This document shows, one piece after another, positions 1 to 8,356 of a DNA stretch of 52,764 nt; positions within the stretch are counted from its first letter, which is position 1; every line of letters begins with the position of its first letter. The position numbers were made by a program, and so were the translations under genes. The notes below the pieces were generated by a model. That model was given only the letters and a program-made list of their open reading frames with translations, ran no database searches and was not told where the DNA came from. The stretch spans positions 1 to 52,764 of the forward strand of contig JANJFQ010000002.1 of NCBI GenBank assembly GCA_025435355.1, written 5' to 3'. This DNA comes from Candidatus Methanophagales archaeon (GTDB lineage Archaea > Halobacteriota > Syntropharchaeia > Alkanophagales > Methanospirareceae).

Positions 1-156
1 AGTCGAGTTCAACGCTAAAAAATCCCTCGATACCGTTATAATTGCTTCTTTAGAGTTCATACTTCTCCATAAGAAGAACAGGGTATTTAAAGTATATCGT
101 GGGAGTTGATAGACTGTAAGTGTGAAGGTGTGAAATCTATCTCCTAAATTCCTGAG

Positions 157-582
157 TTAAAAACGGAAATGAATTTTGTCTGGGGTTTTTAGGTTTGAAA
201 CAATTGATGCTTCCCCCTTTTCAATCCTAAGAAGAAGTCTATAATGTGTCCAGCTCAATTCGTGACGCAGTGCGTCACAATTTGGGAAAGTTTGATAAAA
301 GGATCTCATATTTCTTAGGTTCGACTCATCAAAACCTCTGCCATAGTCTTTTGTTAATCTTATAGATAACTCTTTTATAAGCCCTTTTCCATATTCTGCC
401 CTCTCTTCTCCTTTTTGTTCTTCCTCAACGATGATTCTGCCTACCTCCCAATAAGCCTGAACCATAGCAAAATTAACAGCGCGGTAGGCAGTGTTGCGTG
501 CTTTTTCTACTATTACTTTTATGTTCTGGTATGTGGTATCTATGGATGACTGCTCCTTTAACGCTACGTTTTCTTCACTCAT
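157..582 (-). pseudogene. DUF1016/YhcG-like protein, N-terminal fragment only (PD-(D/E)xK nuclease half missing)
   Basis: The 141-aa ORF has the N-terminal helical region typical of DUF1016 genes found inside type I R-M operons (AVNFAMVQAYWEVGRIIVEEEQ, LSWTHYRLLL). It stops far short of the usual length. Its start overlaps the hsdM stop by 8 nt. Confidence 0.5.
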
Positions 583-2128
583 TTCTGCTCCCCTCCAGTA
601 TCTTTACCACATTCTCGGCAATCTTCTCTTCAAACTCATGCGCTTCGGCGTTCAGCCGTTCCAGTTCTTCGTTTAGCTCATGCAATCTCTCGTTGAAATC
701 AAAATCCTCTTCTTCCTTTTCCGCAACACCCACATACCTGCCGGGGTTCAACGAATATCCCTGGTCTATGATTTCTTCTATAGTCGCCACATTGCAAAGT
801 CCGGGAATATCACGATATTCACTCTCTGGAAAATATTGTTCCATAAGTTTCTGGCTTCCTTTATCCGTTTCTACGCGCTCTTCACGGTAACGTCTCACGA
901 TATTGGCAATAAATTCTATCTGCTCAGGTGTAAATTCCCTGTGCGCACGGTCTATCTGCCGGTAAATACTGCGGGCGTCTATAAACAAAACATTGTCCTT
1001 GCGATTGGTATGCTTCTTTCCTGTATCAAAAAACCAGAGCGTGCAGGGCAATGTCACGGTATAAAAGAAATTCGGACCTATGGTAATCACTACACTCACC
1101 GCTCTATCTTCTACCAGTTTCTTTCGGATTTCCAGTTCTGACTGACGGGCATCGCTGGCTGAATTCGCCATCACAAAACCTGCTCTGCCGTTTTCATTCA
1201 ATGCATGCCAGAAAATCTGTATCCAGAGGTAATTGGCATTGTCCACTTTTGGAACGCCATAACCAAACCGCTTATCCGCTCTGGCTTTCTCCTTATCCAC
1301 GCCATTAACATTGAAAGGCGGATTTGCCATCACGAAGTCGAACTTACCGATGCTGTTGTGGAAATCTTCATAGTAAGTGTTGCCCTGCCGAATATCGCCT
1401 GATAGACCATGAACTGTGAGGTTCATCTTGCAAAGTCGCACTGTCTCTGCCGTCTTTTCCTGTCCGTAAATAGAGATTTCCGCACTGGGATTCTTTTTGT
1501 GTCTTTCTACAAATTTCGCACTCTGCACGAACATACCGCCAGAACCACAGGCGGGGTCATGGATTCTGCCGTGGTACGGTTCAATCACTTCCACGATGAG
1601 TTTTACCAGCGAGGTTGGAGTAAAAAACTCACCGCCTCTTTGCCCTTCAGCCATGGCGAACTTCCCTAGGAAATATTCATATATCTTCCCAAAGACATCG
1701 CCTTCAAGTGTCATGGGGATACTGGAGAATATTTTGAGCAGTGCGACAAGAACATCATTTTCCAGCCTGTTATAAGTTTTTGGAAGAACATCTTTCAGGT
1801 CTTCATTTTCTATTTCAATTGCTTTCATGGCATCGTTAATCGCTTTGCCTATGTTTTCTCCTTCCGGGAGATTCAAGAGATATGAAAAACGAGCATTCTC
1901 CGGAAGATAAAGAATACCTTTCGCCTGATAATCGGCTTTTGTGATTCCACGACGGCTACTCATCCGTTGTTTTTCTATTTCGTTTTTAGCAAGTGTGAAC
2001 TTATAGTCTGCGAAACGTAAGAAAATTAAACCCAGAACAGGGACGGAGTATTCAGAAGATTTAAGCCTCGAATTAGCCCTGAGTTGGTCCGCGGCATTCC
2101 ATAACCTTTTTTCTATTTCGTTTATCAC
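575..2128 (-). CDS. hsdM: Type I restriction-modification N6-adenine DNA methyltransferase subunit (HsdM)
   Basis: 517 aa. It has the HsdM N-terminal helix (LWNAADQLR), SAM-binding motif I ([10 protein letters not shown]) and catalytic motif IV NPPF (MANPPFN). Confidence 0.9.
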   Translation of the reverse strand: MINEIEKRLWNAADQLRANSRLKSSEYSVPVLGLIFLRFADYKFTLAKNEIEKQRMSSRRGITKADYQAKGILYLPENARFSYLLNLPEGENIGKAINDAMKAIEIENEDLKDVLPKTYNRLENDVLVALLKIFSSIPMTLEGDVFGKIYEYFLGKFAMAEGQRGGEFFTPTSLVKLIVEVIEPYHGRIHDPACGSGGMFVQSAKFVERHKKNPSAEISIYGQEKTAETVRLCKMNLTVHGLSGDIRQGNTYYEDFHNSIGKFDFVMANPPFNVNGVDKEKARADKRFGYGVPKVDNANYLWIQIFWHALNENGRAGFVMANSASDARQSELEIRKKLVEDRAVSVVITIGPNFFYTVTLPCTLWFFDTGKKHTNRKDNVLFIDARSIYRQIDRAHREFTPEQIEFIANIVRRYREERVETDKGSQKLMEQYFPESEYRDIPGLCNVATIEEIIDQGYSLNPGRYVGVAEKEEEDFDFNERLHELNEELERLNAEAHEFEEKIAENVVKILEGSRNE

Positions 2129-2388
2129 ATCAATCCCTCTTCTTTTAAACTTGTAAACCCATTTTTACCTATTATAATATGGTCAAGGATGTCAATGCCC
2201 ATAACCTTTCCGGTTTCGACCATTCTTTTTGTAATCTCTAAAACACCTTCCTTTTTTGTCCCTCTCCCTAAAATTATGGCTAATAATTCTGAGTTTTTCA
2301 ATGTACTGGGACCGTATTTCTTGAGTTTTTCCCCCGGTCTTTCCTCAAGGGGCAATTCTGTGATTTTTGGTTTGTATTCGATGTTCAT
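2125..2388 (-). pseudogene. RadC-like remnant (JAB/MPN core deleted)
   Basis: In this 87-aa ORF a RadC N-terminal segment ([19 protein letters not shown]) is joined directly to the extreme RadC C-terminus ([23 protein letters not shown]). There is a 4-nt overlap with the hsdM start. Confidence 0.5.
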
Positions 2389-2434
2389 TCTCGTTTGGTT
2401 ATTGAAACACTTCAGTTCTTTATTACTACCGGGA

Positions 2435-2923
2435 TTAACTTATTTGTTTCTGAGCGTGAACATCTGCCTTTTTTTCTTTAATTTGGCTAAGAAAATCTTC
2501 TAGTTCTTTGAGATTCCTTGCAATTCTATACTTTAGAACCCCCGTAATCAGAGGGTTATCTACGTCTGACATGAGTGTTCTTGAATCAGTTTTCAGACCA
2601 AGACATTCTTTCCCTAGAGCATAAGCATATCCAATCTCAACACATGCCCCTTCATCTGGGACTCTACCATCCATAACAAAAATCACAATATCCGATTTTT
2701 GAAGCTCATCAATGTCTCGCTTAAAAATTTTCTCCATAGCGAAGGATTTAGCTGTACCATTTGCTAATAGCTCCGATAGCTTATGGCCATCACGTTGTGG
2801 CAGAAATGTCTCAAAGCCTAGATTCTCAAGATATTCACTTAAATATTCGTTATACCGCATCTCGGCTTTCGAGAATAACGGGCCTGCCACATATATCCGT
2901 GTCATGCGTATCAAGCCCTCCAT
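2435..2923 (-). CDS. Nucleoside 2-deoxyribosyltransferase-family (NDT/DNPH1-like) protein
   Basis: Contains [12 protein letters not shown] near the N-terminus and [21 protein letters not shown] (the conserved Glu region of PF05014-type proteins). The likely true start is the ATG at 2905. Confidence 0.7.
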   Translation of the reverse strand: MEGLIRMTRIYVAGPLFSKAEMRYNEYLSEYLENLGFETFLPQRDGHKLSELLANGTAKSFAMEKIFKRDIDELQKSDIVIFVMDGRVPDEGACVEIGYAYALGKECLGLKTDSRTLMSDVDNPLITGVLKYRIARNLKELEDFLSQIKEKKADVHAQKQIS

Positions 2924-2984
2924 TGACCCCTCTTTTTATAACATTTGAGAGGGGCAGTGAAAGAACTAGTTTTTATTTTTATTT

Positions 2985-4229
2985 TTATGTTCCCATTATA
3001 AAAGATTGTCGATTTGGCTGCACTCCACACTGGGAGCAGAAACCCTCGCGAAATGTTGCAATTCTTTTTGGGAGCATAATTTCTTTGAACCTACTTTCAA
3101 AGTATCTATCCGTCATACCCGCTATATAATCCCTCACTTTTTCTTCAGAAGTAGAACTAGCAAGGTATTCTTTACTAATCCAATCGAGATCCATAAAATG
3201 TTCATATATTTTACTTTTATTTTCGTTTTCAAGGTCCTCTAAAAATTTTCGACAAAGTACCTTGTACATTTCTTCAATTTTTCCGGGTTCTGCTAATATC
3301 TTCTTATTATCGTAGATATTCTCTGTGTTAAAATCTTTATATTCCTCTACGCTTTTTGAAATTTCTGTCGAATACGAAATGTGATTTTTGCTATAACTAT
3401 TTTCGACTATATCAATAATAAGTGAGTTTATTATTCCGTCATTTTTTGTTCCAATATTTTCTATACAACGCTGTGGGACTTCCGAATCGTCATTTAGGAG
3501 GCCTATTTCTATTGCATCTTGAAGATCTCTACCTAAATATGCTATTGTATCGGCGAATCTTACAACACATCCTTCTAAAGTCATAGGAACACAATCTTTT
3601 TTATTTTTACCTTTGAATTTTATATCCTCTATTTCCTTATCAAATTTTTCCCAGTTCTTATCTGTATTGGGCTTTAATGATTTATTGTGGATTTCACCAT
3701 TATGACACAAAATTCCATCAAGTACTTGAAGCGTTAAATTACAATCTTCAATCTTATCAAGAAATTGAACACTTTGAACATTATGCAAGAATCTACCGAG
3801 TCCATGTTCTTCACACAATTCAGACAGAATTTTCTCACCTGGATGACCAAAGGGAACATGACCAATATCATGTCCTATTGAAATTGCCTCAATTAAATCT
3901 TCGTTTAATTTAAGGGCCCTTCCTATAGTTCGGGCAATCTTCGAAACCAGTTGGACATGAAGAACACGATGTGTAATATGATCGTTATCCACTAAAAAAA
4001 ATACTTGAGTTTTATCAATATATCTTGAATAAGCATGTGTATGCAAAATCCGATCAGCGTCTCTTGAGTATTTAGCCCGGAAATCCTCTGTATCTTTTTT
4101 CTTCCTTCTTAATCCCTCAGCACTTTTGGAAGCAAATTTTGATAAATACTCCTTTTCCCTCGTCGCAATATAAGACTTTATTTTTTTTTCTAAATCCTCT
4201 TTTAGTTTTTTCTCGTACTTATCCTTCAT
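2985..4229 (-). CDS. dGTPase-like dNTP triphosphohydrolase (HD domain)
   Basis: 414 aa. Motifs seen: RDADRILHTHAYSRYIDKTQVF, HITHRVLHVQLVS, IGHDIGHVPFGHPGE and C-terminal DYIAGMTDRYF. All are characteristic of the Dgt/dGTPase family. Confidence 0.85.
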   Translation of the reverse strand: MKDKYEKKLKEDLEKKIKSYIATREKEYLSKFASKSAEGLRRKKKDTEDFRAKYSRDADRILHTHAYSRYIDKTQVFFLVDNDHITHRVLHVQLVSKIARTIGRALKLNEDLIEAISIGHDIGHVPFGHPGEKILSELCEEHGLGRFLHNVQSVQFLDKIEDCNLTLQVLDGILCHNGEIHNKSLKPNTDKNWEKFDKEIEDIKFKGKNKKDCVPMTLEGCVVRFADTIAYLGRDLQDAIEIGLLNDDSEVPQRCIENIGTKNDGIINSLIIDIVENSYSKNHISYSTEISKSVEEYKDFNTENIYDNKKILAEPGKIEEMYKVLCRKFLEDLENENKSKIYEHFMDLDWISKEYLASSTSEEKVRDYIAGMTDRYFESRFKEIMLPKRIATFREGFCSQCGVQPNRQSFIMGT

Positions 4230-4333
4230 CAGATTGCCTCCCTAGTGAAGGGAATTATTTTCCCCCTCCTTTGAAACCTCGTAAACCCCGTAAATTCATC
4301 CTTCGGAATACTTTTGGTGATTTGGATACTCAT
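4229..4333 (-). pseudogene. 34-codon remnant of a type IIG R-M gene N-terminus, now an upstream ORF overlapping the dGTPase start
   Basis: The minus strand reads MSIQITKSIPKDEFTGFTRFQRRGKIIPFTREAI*. This is homologous to the start of the 1327-aa gene (MSHTNSNYSIIPKDKFTEFVEFQRAT). Its TGA overlaps the ATG of the dGTPase-like gene (TGATG). Confidence 0.6.
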
Positions 4334-4815
4334 ATTAATTTTGATATACAAAGTATGGATAAAAACCTTCTGATAAATCGAATTTTTTAATCAAAGGTTT
4401 CCAATTTTGTTAAGATATATTTGCTAATTTATTAACGAATATTTTAAAAAATTTTAAAAGGTACTAATTCACAAAATACCTTCGCTTTCCGCAACAGCCT
4501 TTAAAAGTAGCTAACCAAATGCGAAGATTTCAGATATGTGACGAGGGAAAGAACTGATATAAGCATGACACACTGGCTTTAACATGCCAGAAAGAGTCAC
4601 TGGGATGAATTACATGATTATTATACGCCACCTTCCCGCAGCAACCTTACCAGGCACAGTTCCAATTAACGAGGTTGTAAAGTTATCGTGTGTTCTCACT
4701 TGAAAAATAGTTACCCCATTTCGCGAAATAGCCATTTATGGTACAAGCACAGAATTGCGTGGCATCCCAGCCCTTTTATTTCGAGTTTACATCTGATCGC
4801 TTTTTACTGTAAACT
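4268..4815. repeat. R1 direct repeat, copy 1 (~550 bp; partner 20030-20597)
   Basis: Aligned by eye to 20030-20597 in the same orientation. There are long identical runs, including a 65-nt identical block (4607-4671 = 20383-20447). The homology is cut at 4815 by an IS fragment. Confidence 0.9.
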
Positions 4816-5037
4816 CTGGAAAGGCTCAATACATCGTGAACCATTTCATTTAACAAATAAAGGCTCAATACATCGCGAACTCTTTTTGATATAGACTCCA
4901 TAAAAGCATCCTTAGTGATGCTTTATGGATTTTGAGGAACAAGAGCGGATTGATTCCGTAAATAGGTATATTAGGGGCGATAAACCGGCGAATATTTGTA
5001 GAGACGTGGGTAGGTCAAAAACATGGCTCTTTACATG
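4816..5037 (+). mobile_element. Truncated copy (terminal ~220 bp) of the IS found intact at 14469-15912
   Basis: Contains the terminal repeat ctggaaaggctcaatacatcg, a second subterminal aaaggctcaatacatcgcgaac, and the first ~37 codons of the transposase (MDFEEQERIDSVNRYIRGDKPANICRDVGRSKTWLFT). Similarity ends near 5037. Orientation is opposite to the full copy. Confidence 0.85.
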
Positions 5038-5120
5038 CAAGTTGTGTCGGTAATTTTCTAACACTAGAAACCAATTTCAACAAACTCCCCTGAGTTCTTT
5101 ATATCCTAAGTTTCAGAGTT

Positions 5121-6172
5121 GTATGGGCTACACCCCTAAAAAAGCGCATCCGCAAACTCCAATTTTTCAATAATCTCCTTTTGCTCTTTAGTGAGAACAG
5201 AAATTTTATCACATTTTTCTCCTCCAAAATCAAGCGTAGTTTTTCTTATTCTACCCAGTTCATCCAGACTATCTTCAACACCTTCCCAACCCGCAACGCC
5301 TAAATGATGCTTATACAGTGCCAGAACCAAATATGCAAGATAGCAGATAAAAATATAAACGTCAATATTACCTTCCTCAAAATGCCTGACCGGCTGCAGA
5401 TCTAACCAGTTTTTGAAGCAATCGAATATCTTTTCAATGACATCTTTACCAAAATACGTAGAAATAATCTTAGATGCACTCTTCTCAAAATTCGTTGTGA
5501 AAAGCAAGCATTTACCATCTCGAAGCCTTGCATTTTTTCGATTTTCTGCGTGAGGATTTACTGTTATTTTTTTCCCGTCGTTGTTTATCTCGAAATTATT
5601 AAATTATTCCTTGAAGCCATCCCACGATCCATGATTATTGCATCAATGCTGAGATCTACCCGTTTGACATCTGCAATAAGTTGTTCTATCGTCCTTACAT
5701 CTGTTATATTACCCTCATACGTCCTGAAAAGGACGGGCAAACCTTTGTTCTTTGTTGCGACCAATCCCATGTTTATCTGAGGTAAGCTGTTATCATCCTG
5801 ATTGTATCCGGGTCGCGCTTTAGGCAATTTTGTCGAATAAAAATAAATCGTAAAGAACTGTTATGTCACCATATCTTACCGACTTTGTAATCTCAAACTC
5901 TTTAAAGCGTTTTTTCGGAGGGATTATCTGCTTTTCGCCATTTATTGTCACTTCTATACCTAAATAGCGGGTATTACGATGTTTTACTTTGCCTGAACTA
6001 TCCCTGTAGTTCTCCCGCTCATACACATATACGCGCGACCCGCGCCTTATTCTTGTTTTTGCCATGTAGTCTGTATATGGGCTACAAGTGTATATAGCTT
6101 TTGACGGGTTATGATTGAGTAATGCTCCTTAGATTATGATTTAGTACAGATACGTGATATTGTAGCCTATAA
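5121..6172 (-). mobile_element. Degenerate IS (IS1634/IS4-like) with candidate terminal inverted repeats
   Basis: tatgggctaca (5122-5132) and tgtagcctata (6161-6171) form a 10/11 inverted repeat. The interior holds three transposase fragments in different frames. Confidence 0.5.
5136..6065 (-). pseudogene. Fragmented DDE transposase (IS1634/IS4-like), three ORF pieces
   Basis: The pieces are 6065-5820 (RVYVYERENYRDSSGKVKHRNTRYLG, an N-terminus typical of IS1634-type transposases), 5827-5585 (a DDE-region piece, IIMDRGMAS) and 5507-5136 (a C-terminal piece). Their summed length is far below a full transposase. Confidence 0.55.
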
Positions 6173-6321
6173 AACCCATAATGTCAGGTTTTAACCCTCC
6201 TGTTGATTAGTTTACGAGGCACGCCGCCACACCCGAATGAATCGGGTGCATCCTTGATGGTGGGACTTACCTTTTTTTCATGCCTCTTTTGTTTTTCTTT
6301 CAAGTGCTTTTGCATATGGTG

Positions 6322-7806
6322 TTAACCACAAACAGACACTGGCTTGCAACTACCCTTGTTACAAGAAATCTTTCCATGAAGTGTAGTGCATCTGATCCCA
6401 CAAACAATAAAACAACATCGTTTTCTTTTTTCTAAAGGTTCGCTTAACCAGTTCATTTCACTTTCTATGCCTGTTTTTCTAATATTGGCAGGATAATAGT
6501 TGTCTATTTCTTTTAAAACGTCACCTAACTGATATTTCCATACACCACAATGTTTACTTTTTGGTTCTAACAGATTACGGTAAACACAATTTCCATAACA
6601 AAGCGGTAATACCTCACATTCTCGGCACTCTGGATCATCTAGTGGAGAATAGCCAATCCATTTGTTTAATGTGCCAGAAGTCATAACACCGTCTCTTAAA
6701 TTTCCAACCCTCTCCTTTTCATCTCCAATCGGCACCCAGCATTTTTGTAAGTTACCATTAGGTTCTACAACAAAGGCGTTATCCATTTCAGCGGCGCATA
6801 ATCCAAAAGTAGTGGCTGGGACCAAATAAGGTTCGGGATCCCATCCCTTTTGAATGGCCGTTTTATTAAAATTAACATAAGTTTCAGCAAAGAAATCATC
6901 TACTATACATTTTGTTGTAATATCATTACATGAGCGTATAGCCCCTATAGGTTCAATTTGACCGACATAAACCTGTACTTTATTTTTCAATCCTTCAGAT
7001 GCCAGATAATCTAAAAGCTTATCCAAACATGGCACATTATCTTTGTTAAGGTTTATTCTAAGGTATATCGATGGCAAAATGTCTAGTGCATTCTTAATGT
7101 TTTCGATAATGGTATCGAATGTACCCTTGTTGCCTTTGCTATATCTAGTTTTATTATGTATTTCCCTTGTACCATCCAGCGAAATTTGAACAAAGGTGAC
7201 GTTACTGTCTCTTAATTTCTTTGCATTTTCCTCAGTAAGCAGAACTCCATTAGTTATAATCCCCGAAGAGTATTCACAATTATGTTGAGAGCACAACTTT
7301 AAAAATCTATCGGTTAACTCAACAATGGTATCGACAGCTAATAGTGGCTCTCCTCCATACCATGACACACCAAAGTATTTAACATTCTCTAAATGTTTTT
7401 CAACAAATGTTACCAGTTCGTCCTGTACGGATTTGTCCATATGTTCCCTATTCTTCGCTTCATAACAATAAGGACAGTGTAAATTACAATCTGAAGTTGG
7501 CATAATTGTTAACCCAAAACTTGACGAATCAAACTTTCTCCTATTTACCAGAATCTCTATATTTTTTAACTCATCAAAATCATCATCTAAAATAAAACCT
7601 CCTTTCTTCATATCATCGACCGTAGTAATAAGCCTAATTACCTCTCTACTTTCTATTGTTATCTTTCCTTTGGTCAGTGAAGTTAGCGATTCGTATATCT
7701 CATAACCCGATTGGGATAATATGCCTAATGCGCCAGTAGCCGCATTAAATGCCACCCAGCTTCCATCTTCTCTTTTTTCAAAAAAGTTGAACTTAGATTT
7801 TTTCAT
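6322..7806 (-). CDS. Radical SAM / SPASM-domain enzyme (peptide-maturase-like) with a Cys-rich C-terminal extension
   Basis: Has the CxxxCxxC radical SAM motif (CNLHCPYC) and SPASM cysteines (CAAEMDNAFVVEPNGNLQKC, CRECEVLPLCYGNC, HCG). A ~55-aa tail follows, ending KRKRCCFIVCGIRCTTLHGKISCNKGSCKPVSVCG. The best start is the ATG at 7806, preceded by aggagg; the ORF track starts at a TTG at 7824. Confidence 0.85.
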   Translation of the reverse strand: MKKSKFNFFEKREDGSWVAFNAATGALGILSQSGYEIYESLTSLTKGKITIESREVIRLITTVDDMKKGGFILDDDFDELKNIEILVNRRKFDSSSFGLTIMPTSDCNLHCPYCYEAKNREHMDKSVQDELVTFVEKHLENVKYFGVSWYGGEPLLAVDTIVELTDRFLKLCSQHNCEYSSGIITNGVLLTEENAKKLRDSNVTFVQISLDGTREIHNKTRYSKGNKGTFDTIIENIKNALDILPSIYLRINLNKDNVPCLDKLLDYLASEGLKNKVQVYVGQIEPIGAIRSCNDITTKCIVDDFFAETYVNFNKTAIQKGWDPEPYLVPATTFGLCAAEMDNAFVVEPNGNLQKCWVPIGDEKERVGNLRDGVMTSGTLNKWIGYSPLDDPECRECEVLPLCYGNCVYRNLLEPKSKHCGVWKYQLGDVLKEIDNYYPANIRKTGIESEMNWLSEPLEKRKRCCFIVCGIRCTTLHGKISCNKGSCKPVSVCG

Positions 7807-7847
7807 CTTTCTCCTCCTTTTCAAAATTTGCCGAAGTCACTATACCC

Positions 7848-7930
7848 CGTACTTAAGTACGAAGCCTGTAATTAAGCAAGGGGTCTGTTTCAATATACGT
7901 TCATCATAGGGTATATATAAGCTTTTCGGT
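7848..7930 (-). promoter_or_regulatory. Promoter/5'-leader element P, copy A (upstream of the rSAM gene)
   Basis: On the minus strand ccgaaaagcttatatata looks like an archaeal BRE+TATA. A 27-nt block (7852-7878) is nearly identical to 23765-23791 and sits 46 nt from the start codon in both copies. It includes a perfect 14-bp palindrome, cgtacttaagtacg (7848-7861). Confidence 0.5.
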
Positions 7931-7994
7931 CACGTCATGTGGTCATGTGAAAAAATATTTGATACTACAACGCCATGTGAACCATTTTTCTATC

Positions 7995-8156
7995 GAACCT
8001 GGATAAATAAGCATGGTAACACAAACCAACTGAGAGAATGAACAGCTCATTCACAGGGGTTATTTCATGTTCGCTTTTTTCGAGTGAAAGCAGTGAAAGA
8101 TAAACCATTAAACCAAAGGAGATAGCATGGCTAAAAAGAAGGCGTTAATGGTTGGG
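7995..8156. repeat. R2 repeat, copy A
   Basis: Aligned by eye to 13770-13922 (copy C), including aaaggnga tagc ATGgctaa(a/g)aagaagg(c/a)gttaatggttggg. Confidence 0.7.
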
Positions 8157-8242
8157 CTTGCTTTTGTGATTCTATTTTTTGTTGGGTTTTTGAATTGTGA
8201 GACAACTGCTATAACCTGCATAAAAAGCTTCAATATTTCCTC

Positions 8243-8356
8243 TTACGCTCCGCACACACATACTCTGACATGCTTTATCGCTTCGTTCACATCTAATCTT
8301 TTTGAAATGAGATATGTTGCTACAATCATACTACTTCTACTTCCGATGCCAATCGT
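8243..8356 (-). pseudogene. 3' remnant of a second tyrosine/dual-specificity phosphatase gene
   Basis: The minus strand reads TIGIGSRSSMIVATYLISKRLDVNEAIKHVRVCVCGA*. This parallels GGIGRNGMVTAAYLISNGFNADDAMKHVRACCA of the 9488-9880 gene. It is out of frame with, and overlapped by, the 3' end of the 336-aa ORF. Confidence 0.6.

Noticed and set aside
1-60. Partial minus-strand ORF starting at the ATG at 60 (MNSKEAIITVSRDFLALNST...) and running off the left edge; a possible hsdS or other R-M partner.
   Set aside because: Only 20 codons are visible and no motif is present, so it cannot be supported.
498-1775. Plus-strand ORFs (498-890, 680-1141, 1205-1402, 1409-1669, 1497-1775) inside hsdM. Similar antisense ORFs occur inside other large genes, e.g. 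14721-15248, 16419-16853, 22349-23068, 31133-31702, 39150-39536, 47896-48453 and 50446-50910.
   Set aside because: They lie antisense to genes with strong motif support, have low-complexity or Ser/Leu/Phe-rich composition, and show no recognisable motifs. They are shadow ORFs.
4688-4894. ORFs within R1 (4688-4894 and 20464-20700; also a short MIIIRHLPAATLPGTVPIN ORF at 4614 / 20390).
   Set aside because: The copies differ by an indel and end at different points, one running into IS sequence. The composition is not protein-like. R1 is treated as non-coding, although a micro-ORF cannot be excluded.
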